64,000 bases of DNA, from NCBI GenBank assembly GCA_963693365.1, contig CAVNZM010000017.1, positions 1,872,776 to 1,936,775 on the forward strand, in the 5' to 3' direction. The notes beneath the pieces are model-generated. The model had not been told where the DNA came from, ran no database searches, and saw only the letters and a program-made list of their open reading frames with translations. Position numbers and translations under genes: made by a program. Origin of the DNA: Amoebidium appalachense (taxonomy: Eukaryota > Protista > Ichthyosporea). Position 1 is the stretch's first letter, and the number at the start of each line of letters is the position of its first letter. Below, piece after piece: positions 24,668 to 37,587 of this stretch.

Positions 24668-25488
24668 TACACACACACACACACCCACCCCCAGACCCCT
24701 GCAGCCCTTCCCCCTCCACCCCTCCTCCCTTCCCCTCCGCCCTCCTCTTCCCCCCCCCCCCCCCCCCCCCCCCCCCTTCCCCCCCCCCCCTCCCCCCTCT
24801 CCCCTGCCCCCCCTCCCCCCAGGTGATCATGTACATCCTTCTAGCCGGTACTTTTCCCTTCTACGGTGAGACTGATGATGAGATTCGTACCTGTGCCTGC
24901 AACCCCAATGAGCCCGACTATGCCGGGGCTGAGTTCCGCGCTGTGTCCAAGCCCTGCCTTGAGCTGGTCAGGGATAGGCTGCTTGCAAAGGTATTAAATT
25001 TAATTTTACTTTGAAGTGTTTTAAGTTTAAACTGCTGTGTTGAGCTCGATCCTGATAAGCTGCTTGCGTAGGCAAACAACCCGTAAAAACTAACTCTCAA
25101 ATCGATTTGCTATTAGTTGCTGGTTCAGGTAAACGTGAAGATGGTAATCCGGGGTTATGTAGAGGTAAAGGAGTTGAATTATGTTGTTTTGTGGAGGCAT
25201 GGGACCCCCCCCCCCCCCCCCCCCCCTGATGAGGTGCTCTGGTCAAGTTTTTTCACTGCAAGGGTGAAAAAACACATTGCATGGACCCCCCCCCCCCCCT
25301 CCCCTCGTCATCCTCAATAGCCTTACCCCTCCTCCTTCCCCTTTCGCCTTTACCTTCCCCACTTGCTCTCTCTCTGCTTCTTTTTATCTCACCAAAATAT
25401 ACAAGGTGCTTGCACTCTCGCTCCCACCCAACCTTTCTCTTGCTGAAGCCATCCGATACACCAACACCACCACCCAGTCGTGTACACG

Positions 25489-25522
<34 letters not shown>

Positions 25523-25961
25523 CCACACACACACACACATGCCTTCTATGTCGCCCATCCGTCTCCCCCCCCCCCCCCCCCCCCCCCCCCCGCCCGTCCT
25601 CTTCCCCCGTTCCTCGGCTTCCCCTTGCTGCCCTCCACCCCTTCTCCATTTATCCCGTATATTCCTTCTGCACTAACATCACCAACATATCGAATAATGA
25701 CCAAGTGGGGGTTTTAACTCTAAAATTTCCAGGATCCAGCCAAGCGCCCCACAGCAGCGGACCTTCTCAACCACCCGTGGATGACGGGCGAGCTTGCCTC
25801 TACATCTGAGCTGAGTGGTGCACTCAAGCAGCTCAAGAGATTCAACGCCCGCCGAAAGTTCCGTGCCGTATGGACCCCCCCCCCTCCTCGCCCCGCCCCC
25901 CGTGTTAGCGTTCGTGTACTTGTGCCGGTTCGTTCGTACGTGTGTATGTCCCTGTGTGTGT

Positions 25962-26018
<57 letters not shown>

Positions 26019-26905
26019 TGTGTGCGTCTGTGTGTGTGTGTGTATGGCGGCATCTGGGTGCATATCTCTCTGTTTGTTTGATGTGTGTGTGTGTCCTTCC
26101 ATGTGTGTGCGCTTGTGTGGTTCATTTGTGGTAAGCGTTTGTGTGTGTGTATGTGTGTGTGCGTGTTGGTGTCAGCATGTGTGTGTGTGTGTGTGTGTGT
26201 GCGTGCGTGCGTGCGTGTGTGTGTGTGTGCGCGCGCGCGCGTTTGTCCCTGGTACGTCCACATGCTCGCGCATGTGTGTGCGCGCGCGCTTGTTTGCATG
26301 CATAAGTGCGTGTGTGTGTGCATGTGTGCATGTCCGTGTGTCCGTGTGTGTGTGTGTATGTTTTCTGTGTATTATGTGTACATGCATGCATACACCTTCG
26401 TTCCTTATGTGCGTGCGTACGTATGTGCTGGAATACCCAACTCCATCCCCCTCTCCTGCGCACCCCCTACCTCCAGCCCCCCCCTCCCACGTTGGGTTTC
26501 CTTGACGAGGTTAATGGGTCAAAACTCAGGTACTGTGGATGACGTGGGCCCCCCCTGAGGAAGGCCTCTGCGTATTATGCATACTCTTTATGTGTGGTTT
26601 GCACTCTGCATCGTGTTGTCGATTGTTTATGTCTACTTCGTACTTTAAAGCGCATGCAAACCCCCCCCCCCCCTTCCCCCCCCCCCCTCCTCCTCCCCCC
26701 CCCCCCCCCCCCCCCCCCCAACCACCACCATGCTAACACATGTCACACACAGGGGGTCAAGGCACTTGTTGCATCCAAGCGTCTTCAGTCCGTGCTTGGT
26801 GGCCTCCACACCGAACAGTTGGTGGTGGAGTTGACACAGTTTGGCATTCGTGTCCAAAACGTCCTTGATTTGCACAAGGTGTGTAATAGAGTTGCTTATT
26901 TATTC

Positions 26906-26962
<57 letters not shown>

Positions 26963-27354
26963 TGGGGGAGGTTATGGTGTCGATTTGATGTCCATATTTT
27001 TGGGAGGCGAACACTTTGGTATTCGCATCCAAAATCTTTTGGATTTGATCACCACCTTTTGGTATCTGTTTTAGGCGTTGGAATGCGTGCACAGTAATTT
27101 TTCCTTTATTTTATTTTTATTTGTTTTTAATACATGTTTTATTGGTTTATTTATTTTTTATTTTATTTTATGATATTTTTGGGGGGGGGAGGGGGGGGGG
27201 TGCTCATAGTGCCCCCTTGGTGTTTTTGTTTTTGTGGAGCTGACGCAGTTTGGTATTCGCGTCCAAAACATTCTTGATTTGCACAAGGTTGCCATTTATT
27301 GGTTCTGTTCATGCGTTGCAAAGTCTGCGTAGTCATTTTTGCTTATGATTTGCC

Positions 27355-27406
<52 letters not shown>

Positions 27407-27878
27407 AAGGGGGGGGGGAGGGGGGGGGGGTAAGTTTATGTTGTCAGTTTGATGTCTTTTTCTTTGTGGAAGAAACACAGGTTGGTTGTTGCTTCCAACA
27501 CGTCCTTGATTTAATGGCTTTACGCACAAACTCACACAATCCTGCACTCCTCTGTCTCTCTCTCTCTCCCCCCCCCCCCCCCCCCCCTCCCTCCCTCCCC
27601 TCCCTCCCTCCCTCCCTCCCTCCCTCCCTCCCTCCCTCCCTCCCTCCCTCCCTCCCTCCCTCCCTCCCTCCCTCCCTCCCTCCCTCCCTCCCTCCCTCCC
27701 TCCCTCCCTCCCTCCCTCCCTCCCTCCCTCCCTCCCTCCCTCCCTCCACACCCACCCATCCCCCTCCCCCCACCCCTTCCCCTCCCCCTCCCCCCCCCCC
27801 CCCCCACCACCACCACCACCACACACACAAACACACTCGCACTTCTTACTCTAACCATGTACCCACCCATTCTCCACA

Positions 27879-27913
<35 letters not shown>

Positions 27914-28264
27914 CACCCCCCAACACCCTCCACACACAGATATTTGGACAGGTGACCAAGCGTTCATACATGTGCGACAAAACGACGTTTGTGGACACCT
28001 TGGAGAAGGAATTGGAGATACCCAAACGGTCACTGCTGGAGGCGCTCTTTGACAGCATGAAGAACCCTGGGGGGGTACGTTCCTATCGTCCTTTCCCTTT
28101 CGCGTGTCTACGATTCTTTCACTTCACTTCTCTATCCTTCTTTCGCTCCCACGTTATTATCATCCTTTCTCTTCCGCGTTTCTACCATTCTTTCCCTCCC
28201 GCGATTGTATGCTTCTTTCCCTTCCATACTCTATCGTCCTTTCAGCACCTTCGAAATCCGTCCC

Positions 28265-28299
<35 letters not shown>

Positions 28300-28810
28300 G
28301 AGAGAGAGAGAGAGAGAGGGGGGGGAGGGGGAGAGGAGATGAGGGGGGGGAGGGGGGAGGGGGTACGGGGGGGGGATTGGCATATATTTGTCGGCATGTC
28401 GTGTGTATCGTCGATGATATAAGGAGGACTTTCTTATGTGATACCAGGTGCTGAACCGAAATCCAAGGCTGGTTGTGCTGCATGCAGTTGGACTTCTTTT
28501 TTTAGGCATTCATAAAAGCCATTTCAGGAATACTGGAGAATACTGACGATATTTTGACATAGTAGTTCGAGCAACGAAACCTCTAGTTGGTTACTCCTTA
28601 CCTGTTTGTGGACACAGCACAAATGATAATGACCATTGAAAGGAATCCTGGATAGTGTTAAAGCAAACCCCACTTACAGATGGTCAACACGCGTGACTTC
28701 TGCCTGTCTCTGGCCACTAAGATCGGCACCTCTGAAGACCAGACGCTGCAGCTGTGCTTTAACATCTATGATGCCGATGGGTCAGGCACAATTGACCAGG
28801 TGTGTGCGTG

Positions 28811-28864
<54 letters not shown>

Positions 28865-28991
28865 GGTGGTGGTGGTGGTGGTGGTGGACGTGTGTGTCTG
28901 TGGGTGGACTGGAGGAGGGAGGGGGAGGGGGGTGGGGAAGCCACCTTATGGTTAGTTGTTTTTTTTTTTTCTTCGGAGGGGGGGGGGAGAA

Positions 28992-29038
<47 letters not shown>

Positions 29039-29566
29039 TGAAAGGTGGTCGTACTTCGAGATTTTAGTCTTATCTAATTTTCCCTTTTATTCCTTTTTCA
29101 TTTGGACGAGGGGGGGAGGGGCGGAGAGAGGGGGGAGGGGTGGGTGGGAGGGGGGGGGGAGGGGAGGGGAGGAAGTGAGCATGTGTTTGCATGTGCATGT
29201 GCACCTGTGTGTTCATATGGGCACTTGCATGGTTGCATAAGTGTTGCTGACAGGGTGGGGCGGGGCAGAAAGAGTATGCAGACATGGTGCGGTCCATCCT
29301 CAAGTCTCTGGGCGACACATTTGCGGTGAGTGCTGTGGGTCTACAATGCAGACTAGTGGCAGCGGGTGTGCCTTATTGAAGATGAAGGCTTTTTTTTTTG
29401 TTGGTGAATGGTGGCTGGGAATTGGAACGGCGGTGTTTGTTTCTTTCCTTTTGGGGGGGGGGGGGAGGGGGGAGAGGAGGGAGGGAGGGGATATTGGAGG
29501 GACTAGAAAGAGAAAGGCCGGGAGTTATTCTGTAATAAGTGTATTGAAGGACAGAGGGAGAGTGTG

Positions 29567-29597
<31 letters not shown>

Positions 29598-29649
29598 TAT
29601 GCACGTGCTGTGTGTGTCTTTGTGTGCACCACACACAGACGCACACACA

Positions 29650-29702
<53 letters not shown>

Positions 29703-30854
29703 TGTGTGTGTGTGTGTGTGTGTGGTGAGAGGTTGAAGGGGAGAAGGGGGGCCACTTTGCATATGATTAAAGATAAAACATTAAAATTTAACATTAAATT
29801 TAACCTTTCAATGCAGCCCAACGACCTGTGGCTGCAGCAGGAGTTTGAGGATGCAGACGTGGATGGCAGTGGGTCGATCTCACTAAAGGAGTTCCTGGTG
29901 GCTGCAAAGAGCAACATCAAGATCCAGGTGTGAAATTTCGGAAATTTTGAAATTTGGGGTGTGTGGGTGTGCTTAATGGTGATTTAACATGGCGGTTGTG
30001 GTGGTGTGTGTGTGTTGGGTGGGGGGGGGGGGGGGGGGGGGGGGGGGGTGTCTAGGTGTAGTGTAGGTGTGTGTGCACACACGCTATCTTGTGCGTGAGA
30101 GTGTGTGTGCATGTTTGTGTGTGTATGTGTGCGATGGGGGCGCCTGGGGGTGGGCGGTGCGGTGGGGGGGGGGGTGGGGGGGGGGATGAAGGAAGATGAG
30201 TGGATCCATGATCGAAAGAAATTTCTTCCTATGGTTTTTTTTTTTTTGTCCCTTTTGATGTCTTTCGTACCCATGTTTTCCACCCACTCACGCATACACC
30301 GCTACTCCCCTTTCTCCTCTTTTCCGCTACAGGCGTATCTTCGCAACGTAGGTGCCCTGATTCGCAGCAAGAACAACGAACAAGACAAGGTTCTGAACCA
30401 GAAGATGCAGACAAAGGCAGGGGAGCTGTTTATCAAGAAGGACTCCATGTTTGGAGGGGTAATGCCTTAACCCCTTGTGATCAAATGTTTGCTTTCCTGT
30501 ACATTGATTGACACAATATTCAGCAAAGGGAGAAGTAGGGAGTTGAGAGGAGAGGGGGGGGGGGGATTTCAAGAAGAGGTTCGCGTTTGGAGGGGGTGGG
30601 AGATAAACGCTCACTTATTCACCCACTAAACTAATCGCTCACCCGCTCACTTATGGACCGTAGGCGCACACGCACGCATAGACACACTCTTGCATACATA
30701 CAAGCACACACACTTGAAAAGATACACAAACGTACAATCCTCTTTCCTTTTCCAGCCTTCCAAATTCACGAATTGAAGCAAAAATTTGGCACACGGAGGG
30801 TCCCCAGGGGATGTGTGCCTGTGTGTGCGCGTGGGGAGGGAGGGGGGAGGGGCG

Positions 30855-30899
<45 letters not shown>

Positions 30900-31181
30900 G
30901 ATTGAGCGGTTGGGGTAAGGAGGTAACTGATGTAACACTTTCTTTTTTTCTTTCTTTTTTTTTTTTTTTTTTTTTTGCCCCTCGCCAATCTCCCGTACAG
31001 GGATGGAAGGAACGTTATGCATCTGTGGTGGGCATGAACATGATGGTCTACAAGTATGCCCTCCCCCCCCCCCCCCCCCCCTCTCCCCCCCCCCCCCCCC
31101 CCCCCCTTCCCTCCCTCCCTCCCTCCCTCCCCCTCCCCCTCCCCCCCCCCCCACCATCACCACCACCATCACCACCACCAT

Positions 31182-31217
<36 letters not shown>

Positions 31218-31299
31218 CGCACACACACGCGCGCCCGCGCGCGCGTACACAGACACACACACACACACGTACACAAACACACGCGCACACAAACACCAT

Positions 31300-31335
<36 letters not shown>

Positions 31336-31817
31336 CGCGTGCATGTCCATTTCCCTATCGCCCAGAACTTGTACGCAAATGGGTATCCATACTCATGTTG
31401 ATATTAGTGTGGAACATTACCAATAAAGAGACAACGGATGACACTCCCCGAAATGATTCCCTATGCCTGTATTATTATCGTGAAAATTTTGGTTTTTTTG
31501 TAACATAAACCATATAAGATGCATAAACGAGAAATGCCGCCATAGTCTTTTGAAAACAGCATTTCATGTCGAAAAAACTTTCCTCGCAAATGGAATTGCA
31601 GTTTTTGGTATGTAACCATGCGTAAACTTGGTTGTTGTTATTAATTCTTTTTTTTCAACGCCATGGGCTCCCACGACGCCTCGAATTGATGATGTAAAGG
31701 GGGCTGTCTTGCTTTTGCTTGCATTGTAAGTGATATTATTAACGCCACTGATGTGAAAGGCTCGTTTTACGTCTCTCTGTTCACTTTTTTCCTCTAGCTT
31801 ATCTGACACAAACCTCT

Positions 31818-31893
<76 letters not shown>

Positions 31894-31941
31894 CGTTCTT
31901 CTTTGTCTTTCTCTCTTTCTTTTTTTTTTTTTCCCCTTTTC

Positions 31942-31973
<32 letters not shown>

Positions 31974-32742
31974 CGCAGAGACGAGGCCGACTGCAAGGCC
32001 AAGCGTGCGCCCAAGCAAACCTTTGATCTGATTGGGGCAAAGTTCTCCACGAAGTACCCTCCCCCCTTCCCCACCCACCACCCCCCCACCCCTTGCATCC
32101 CACCCTTGTCAAGTCTCCTCTTGTTTGCCCTTTGTAATGGATACGTCTGTGTGTTTCTAACAACCCCCCCCCCCCCCCCCCCCCCCAATTGATGACTTGG
32201 GCCCTCCCTGAGGATGGGCTCTGCTTATGACGCATACTGTGCGCATGGATGATGTTGCATACCTGAATGTTTGCCTTTGCATGTGTCCTGCACCATGCTT
32301 CTCGTCGTGTATGCGTACTTCGTACCGTGTTCCGCATTCACCACCACCACCACGAGCACCAACACAAGCACTCTGGATGGATTGGCCCCAGCTCGGTGTG
32401 GGCTCTTATTAGCTATGGTTCAATGTGTTCGTGTGTGCTTTCAAGATTTGCATTTTGTTGTCCGCCGTAAAAGCGAATCATACTTCACTAGAATGTGTGA
32501 GTGTGTGCTATGCACTCTGTAACACTCCCACCAAAACCAACACCACAAACTAAAACAGCAGATAGAACAAGCAAACACAAAAATAAAATAAAAAGAAAGA
32601 AGAGGAGAAAAAAAAAAAGAAGAAGAAAACACAATGTGTGAGTGTGCACTATGCACTTTGTAACACTCTTACCAACACGAACACCACAAGCCTAAAGCAA
32701 CAAATGAAACAAGCAAACACACACAAAAAAAAAAAAAAAAAA

Positions 32743-32774
<32 letters not shown>

Positions 32775-33122
32775 AAAAAGACACTGTGAATCTGACGCCT
32801 TTTTGCAGTGCGGAGAAAAACAAGAAGCGTAATGTGATGCGCATGAAACTGGACCTGGGCAGGCCCGGCTCATATCTACTGGAGGCACAGACGGACAATG
32901 AACTCAAGGTGCTCTGCACACAAATATCATCTGTCTCCCCATCTCTCTCTCTCTCTCTCTCTCGCTCACTTTCCCTCCCTCCCTCCCTCCCTCCCTCCCT
33001 CCTTCCCTCCCTCCCTCCCTCTCTCTCTCTCTCTCTCCCCCCTCCCTCTCTCTCTCTCTCTCCCCCTCTCCCTCTCTCTTTCTCTCTCCCTCTCCCTCCC
33101 TCCCTCTCTCTCTCTCTCTCTC

Positions 33123-33172
<50 letters not shown>

Positions 33173-34006
33173 ACTCTCCCCCCTTCCCCCCCCCCCTCCC
33201 CCCCCTCCCTCTCCCTCTGTCTCTATCTCTCTGCCTCCCCCCTCCCCTCCCTCTCTCCCACCTCTTCTCACTCCTGTGCCGCTTCCTCTCTATCTCTTCC
33301 TCCCCCCCTCCCCCCCCCCTCCCCCCTCCCCCAGCCCCCTTCTCCCCTCCCCCCCTCCCTCTCTCGTTATGTCCCTGCCCCGCCTCTCCCTCTCTTTCTC
33401 TCTCTGCGGCACAAAGTCAGTGTCTCTTCACTCAAGTTGCTTCCTGATCGCTCACTTAAGGACACACACATGCACTACCTGTCTCTCGCACACTCCGTTA
33501 GGCACACACGCGTGCCGCGTACACACACACACACACACACACACGCATACACACACACACACACACACAAGAATAAGCACATGCACAAGCACAAAGCTGA
33601 GGCACAGAGGTGCGGGCATACCCTCTGTCCGCAGCTAACTCCCCCCTCCTCCCCCCACCACCACCGCCACCCTTCCTCTCATGCCTCTCTCCCTCTCTCC
33701 CCCCTCAACATATCCCCCCCCCCCCCCCTTTTTTTTTTCCCTTTTTTTTTCTTCTTTTCTTTTTTCTTTTTTTTTTGGGGGGGGGGAGGGAGAGAGAGGG
33801 GGGGGGGGGGAGAGCACCGACGTTCCTATTTTTTGCAGGGGCCCCATCCCTTCTAAATTCAAAAAAAAAAAAAGCTCCTTTTAGTGCACAGCCGGTAAAA
33901 GAGCTCGTAATGTGACAAGTTCGAAGGGATTGGAATGCTGACATACTTGCGTATCATGCAGGTGTGGGTGCAAATCTTCAGAGACCTGGGCCTGAAATCG
34001 GTCTGA
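18158..34006 (+). CDS. Ca2+/calmodulin-dependent Ser/Thr kinase with EF-hand domain and C-terminal PH domain (CCaMK-like architecture), 19 exons, ~630 aa
   Basis: Phase-consistent GT-AG exons: 18158-18229, 19000-19089, 19828-19954, 20512-20593, 21658-21790, 22828-22912, 23785-23837, 24823-24990, 25733-25867, 26753-26878, 27940-28074, 28680-28799, 29269-29325, 29817-29927, 30333-30458, 31001-31053, 31979-32053, 32809-32908, 33962-34006 (1893 nt). Kinase motifs: [39 protein letters not shown]. CaM-binding segment [25 protein letters not shown] loops [12 protein letters not shown] and [14 protein letters not shown]-like tail [32 protein letters not shown]. Confidence 0.93.
21923..22068 (+). repeat. 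Dispersed intronic element, subfamily A
   Basis: TTGGGTCCTCCCTGAGGATGGGCTCTGCTTA...GTACTTCGTACCGTGTTCCGCATTCAAA, near-identical to 32197-32340, flanked by poly(C) on both sides. Confidence 0.85.
22562..22685. repeat. (GTGC)n tetranucleotide microsatellite
   Basis: About 30 near-perfect units. Confidence 0.95.
23857..24051. mobile_element. Degenerate copy of the same TA-flanked MITE
   Basis: Shares TATAGGGGGACA..TTTCCCCCTAT, TACACCTCGC.TATT, and the right end TCAATAC..GGGACACCTG|TA with 58349-58524; left end eroded. Confidence 0.7.
26491..26660 (+). repeat. Dispersed intronic element, subfamily B, diverged copy
   Basis: Colinear with ~60033-60203 with scattered substitutions; ends GCATGCAAA + poly(C). 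Confidence 0.8.
27585..27747. repeat. (CCCT)n tetranucleotide microsatellite
   Basis: About 40 near-perfect units. Confidence 0.95.
32191..32340 (+). repeat. Dispersed intronic element, subfamily A
   Basis: Near-identical to 21923-22068; ends GCATTCA + (CCA)n. Confidence 0.85.
32492..32785 (+). repeat. Diverged ~140-bp tandem duplication in a kinase intron
   Basis: AATGTGTGAGTGTG..CTATGCACT.TGTAACACTC..ACCAA..AACACCACAA..AACAAGCAAACACA + A-rich tail at 32492 and 32633. Confidence 0.75.
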
Positions 34007-34434
34007 AAGAAGGACACCCGCGGTTGACCGGAATCCCAAAGAATATCTCGATTTTGACCCTATGCTGGGATTTTAGACGCAAAATTTGATGTTTTTTTCC
34101 CTGGCATGGGGGTCCTCTCTTGATGCTTCGGTAGTCTAAGCAGGGTTGTTAATGAATCCTTGCAGGCAGATAGGTGGATTTTCTCTTGTGAAACTTCGTG
34201 TGATTCATGAAGTGTTAATTACCAAAGATGGTAGTGGTGGGTGGTGGGGGGGGGGGGGGGGGGGGGGGGGGGGCAATGGCCAGGAAGAAGGGGGGGGGGG
34301 GGGTCAATATGATATTGGGGGTGTTCAATATGATAAAATTTACATTCTGATGTTGCAATAGGCTTTAACTAATAGATGCAAGGATATGATCTAATTTAGT
34401 GGTTGTGTGCACGTGTTTTTTTTTTTTTTTTTTT

Positions 34435-34465
<31 letters not shown>

Positions 34466-35478
34466 GGGGGAGGGAGGGACCCGTGATACAATGTCATACA
34501 CAATATTCAATTTTTTATTTTCAAATTATTTATGTTTTTTCTTTTTTTTCTTTTTTCCTTTCTTTTTTTTTTTTTTTTTTTTGGGGGGGGGGGAGGGGGG
34601 GGGGGGGGATATGAACGCCCAAGCTTTGTGTGTGGGGCAATTGGCATATATGCATCTCTATTTACTTATTATATTTTCTCTCTTTACTTCATATATTGGT
34701 GTTAATGCGTGTTCCTTTCAGTTTGTTTGTGGTGTGTTGGTTTATTGTTAGTAGTCGTTCTTGAATTTGTCTGAACTGATACAAAGAATAGTGTGACTTT
34801 AGTTAGATGTCAACGTTTAAAGGTTAAAATATGATCATAACATAATGCTGTTATGATGAGTATGAAACTGATCCGATATCTGGCTTTTAAGTGATGGCAT
34901 TTTATGCATTGATACATGTGGGCAGTCCATATACATGTCGACATGATGCCTGAGAACTCCTGAAGAGGCATTGACAAAAGTACAACGGTTAGAATCATTT
35001 CTATGTGTGTGTGTGACGTGTGTGCATATTGGGGGGGGGGGGGGGGGGGGGGGGGGGACAAAGCGAATGAATTAGGCACAGGGACGCTCAGCCTGAGCTT
35101 CTGCCAGAGCTAGAGATACCTCTGTGAACATGTACACCCGATCTTTGGTAATCGCCGAGAAACCTCTTAAGATCGTTGAGTTGTCTCCCAGGCCGGCTGT
35201 ACCCGCTAGGTCATGTCGATCCGGGCCTGGCGCGGCCCATACTTGCGGCGACATACAAGATATCTCAGAGAACCCGCAGAGGAGAGGTCGACAGCACTCA
35301 AAGCGACTAATTGAAAAGATTGATTGTGGTGTTTGCAGGTGACTAGCGCAAATAGAAAACAGAGGGGTCATGGTTCAACTTGCGCGGGATGACCAAGTTT
35401 GCAAAGGAACATGTTTTCACATAACCTCTTGGACACTGCATGTGCGCACGTGAATGCTTGTCTGCGAGAAGGAGGTAA

Positions 35479-35506
35479 ACGGGGGGAGGGCCGGGGGAGG
35501 GAGGAA

Positions 35507-35557
<51 letters not shown>

Positions 35558-35682
35558 GGCCACTCTCCGTCCATCATCCAAAGAGGCCCCCTTAGACGGG
35601 GGGAGGGCCGGGGGAGGGGGGAGGGGGGGGGGGGGGGGGGGGGGAGGGGGAGGCCACTCTCCGTCATCCAATGAGGCCCCCT
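35479..35682 (+). repeat. ~100-bp tandem duplication containing a poly-G run
   Basis: ACGGGGGGAGGGCCGGGGGAGGG..(G)n..AGGCCACTCTCCGTC..ATCCAA.GAGGCCCCCT occurs twice. Confidence 0.75.
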
Positions 35683-35931
35683 GTACATGTTCCCCCCCCC
35701 CTGCGTCCCCAACATTTCCAAAGTTACTACTGCCCCTTGCCGTTTTGAAATCGAATTTACCGGAGCACCTTGACACGCTGTCAAACGTGCCCTCGTCTTC
35801 CGCGGCGACCTGCCAGGGTGTACTGCTGTAGTCGATATCATGGGTGGTAGACTAAGTGACGCCGTTGTTGGTGATGCCGCGCGTGCAATTACATTGTTTG
35901 AGCCAGAGAGGGGGGGGGGGGGGGGGGGGGA

Positions 35932-35969
<38 letters not shown>

Positions 35970-36071
35970 GCTGTCCGGAGGGGGATAGAGAGACAGAGAG
36001 CTAGAGAGGGGTCTGGTGAGGTGCACCGGTGTTGGGGGCCCGGGAGGGGGGGGGGAGGGGGGAGGCCCTGG

Positions 36072-36102
<31 letters not shown>

Positions 36103-36267
36103 TGGTAAGGATATGTGGAGTAGCCTAGGAGAGAAAATCAATTTGGAAAGCACATAAAATGTGTAAGGCCTTCAAGCTGATATCCATTAATAAACCTACT
36201 GAAATAATTAGTCAAACATTATTATAATTGTATACATAGATGGGTCCACCCTGGGTCGGGTGGTCAC

Positions 36268-36299
<32 letters not shown>

Positions 36300-36759
36300 C
36301 ATTTGGCCATATGCCCTCCCCCCCCCCCCCCCCCCCCCACCCCCCAGTGTGTCATTCCCTCCCCCCCACGCAATGGGGGGAGGGGGCCCGGGACCTGTTG
36401 TCTGGCGGGTAGGTTGGTCCCCAAAATTCCAGCTCCCCCAAGCCCCTCCCCCCCCCCCCCCCCCCCCGGCCCCCCGGCCCCCCCCCCCCCCCCCCTCCCC
36501 ACCCCCCCCGGCCCACCTCTGATCTTAACTTTGAAGATGCAATGTCAGGCCTGTTCATTTGTACACGAACAAAACGCCAATGTTCTCCATCCATACCACA
36601 AGCGCTAAATAGGAAAAAAAAGAAAAGTAAAGTAACTAGATCGAGTAACTATTAGTCCAACTAATTGATAGTAGTATGCAGATGGTGTTGGACGTGAGGT
36701 CGTGAGGTGGTGATCACATGAGCCTTCCGGACGGCCGAGTATATCCGGTAAACAACCAG

Positions 36760-37062
36760 AAAAGTAGGAATATGCGCACGTTATCAAACTGAGTACCCAA
36801 ATATGGAAATTTGGGCGGGAAGTTTTGGTACACAAAATTTCATATTTTTTATAAAACTTAAAAAGGTAGGAATACAACAAAAAAAGTAGGAATATGCGCA
36901 GTGAAAATGTCTCTATTCCTACTTTTTTGTGTTTTATAAAAACTTTTCTTGGGGGGCGCCAAAACTCCTCCCCCAAATTTCTATATTTGGCTTATCGTGC
37001 GATCGCGCGAGAATTATTGGTCCATACATAATTTTTTGAGATTGCGATATTCCTACTTTTTT
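36760..37062. repeat. ~300-bp imperfect palindrome (foldback/MITE-like)
   Basis: Nested inverted pairs: AAAAGTAGGAATATGCGCA (36760) / TGCGATATTCCTACTTTT (~37042); CCAAATATGGAAATTTGGGCGGGAAGTTTTGG / CCAAAACTCCTCCCCCAAATTTCTATATTTGG; TTATAAAAC..AGGTAGGAATA / TATTCCTACTTTTTTGTGTTTTATAA. One arm recurs at 18903-18940. Confidence 0.7.
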
Positions 37063-37398
37063 TTGTGTTTTATTATGCTCAGCCCAATCGATGTTCCTTC
37101 GATTTGACGTACCAAGGCTGATGATAAAAATCGTAATGGCATCGTGTCAGGCCCTGCAGTCACCTTTAAAGGCAAAGGTCAGTCAGGGGTTGTGCCTTAT
37201 AATCTTTAATGTAATACGGTTCTCGGCCGGCCCAGGATTCATCATCATCCGATGATCCCCCGTCCCATCCCCCCCCCCCCCCCCCCCCAAAAAAAAAAAA
37301 AAAAAATGAACGAAGCACCTCTCAGACTCAGTGACACGGCTCCACCACGGATAACGCAAGGTCTCAATGCTAAGGGAAAGGGCCCGGGAGCTGAGGAA

Positions 37399-37440
<42 letters not shown>

Positions 37441-37554
37441 AATACGTGCATGCATGCCGTTTTTGGGATCTCGAAATCATCGTGTCCAATCGAGCCCAAG
37501 ATTCAACACCATTTAGAATCAATGGGGTGTAGTGTACACTTGCTTTTCTTGGAG

Positions 37555-37587
<33 letters not shown>

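Noticed and set aside
32188-32270. C/D-box snoRNA-like layout (TGATGA..CTGA..TGATG..CTGA)
   Set aside because: The boxes are not conserved in other copies of the same repeat (GGATGA, TTGA), and no rRNA guide was recognised.
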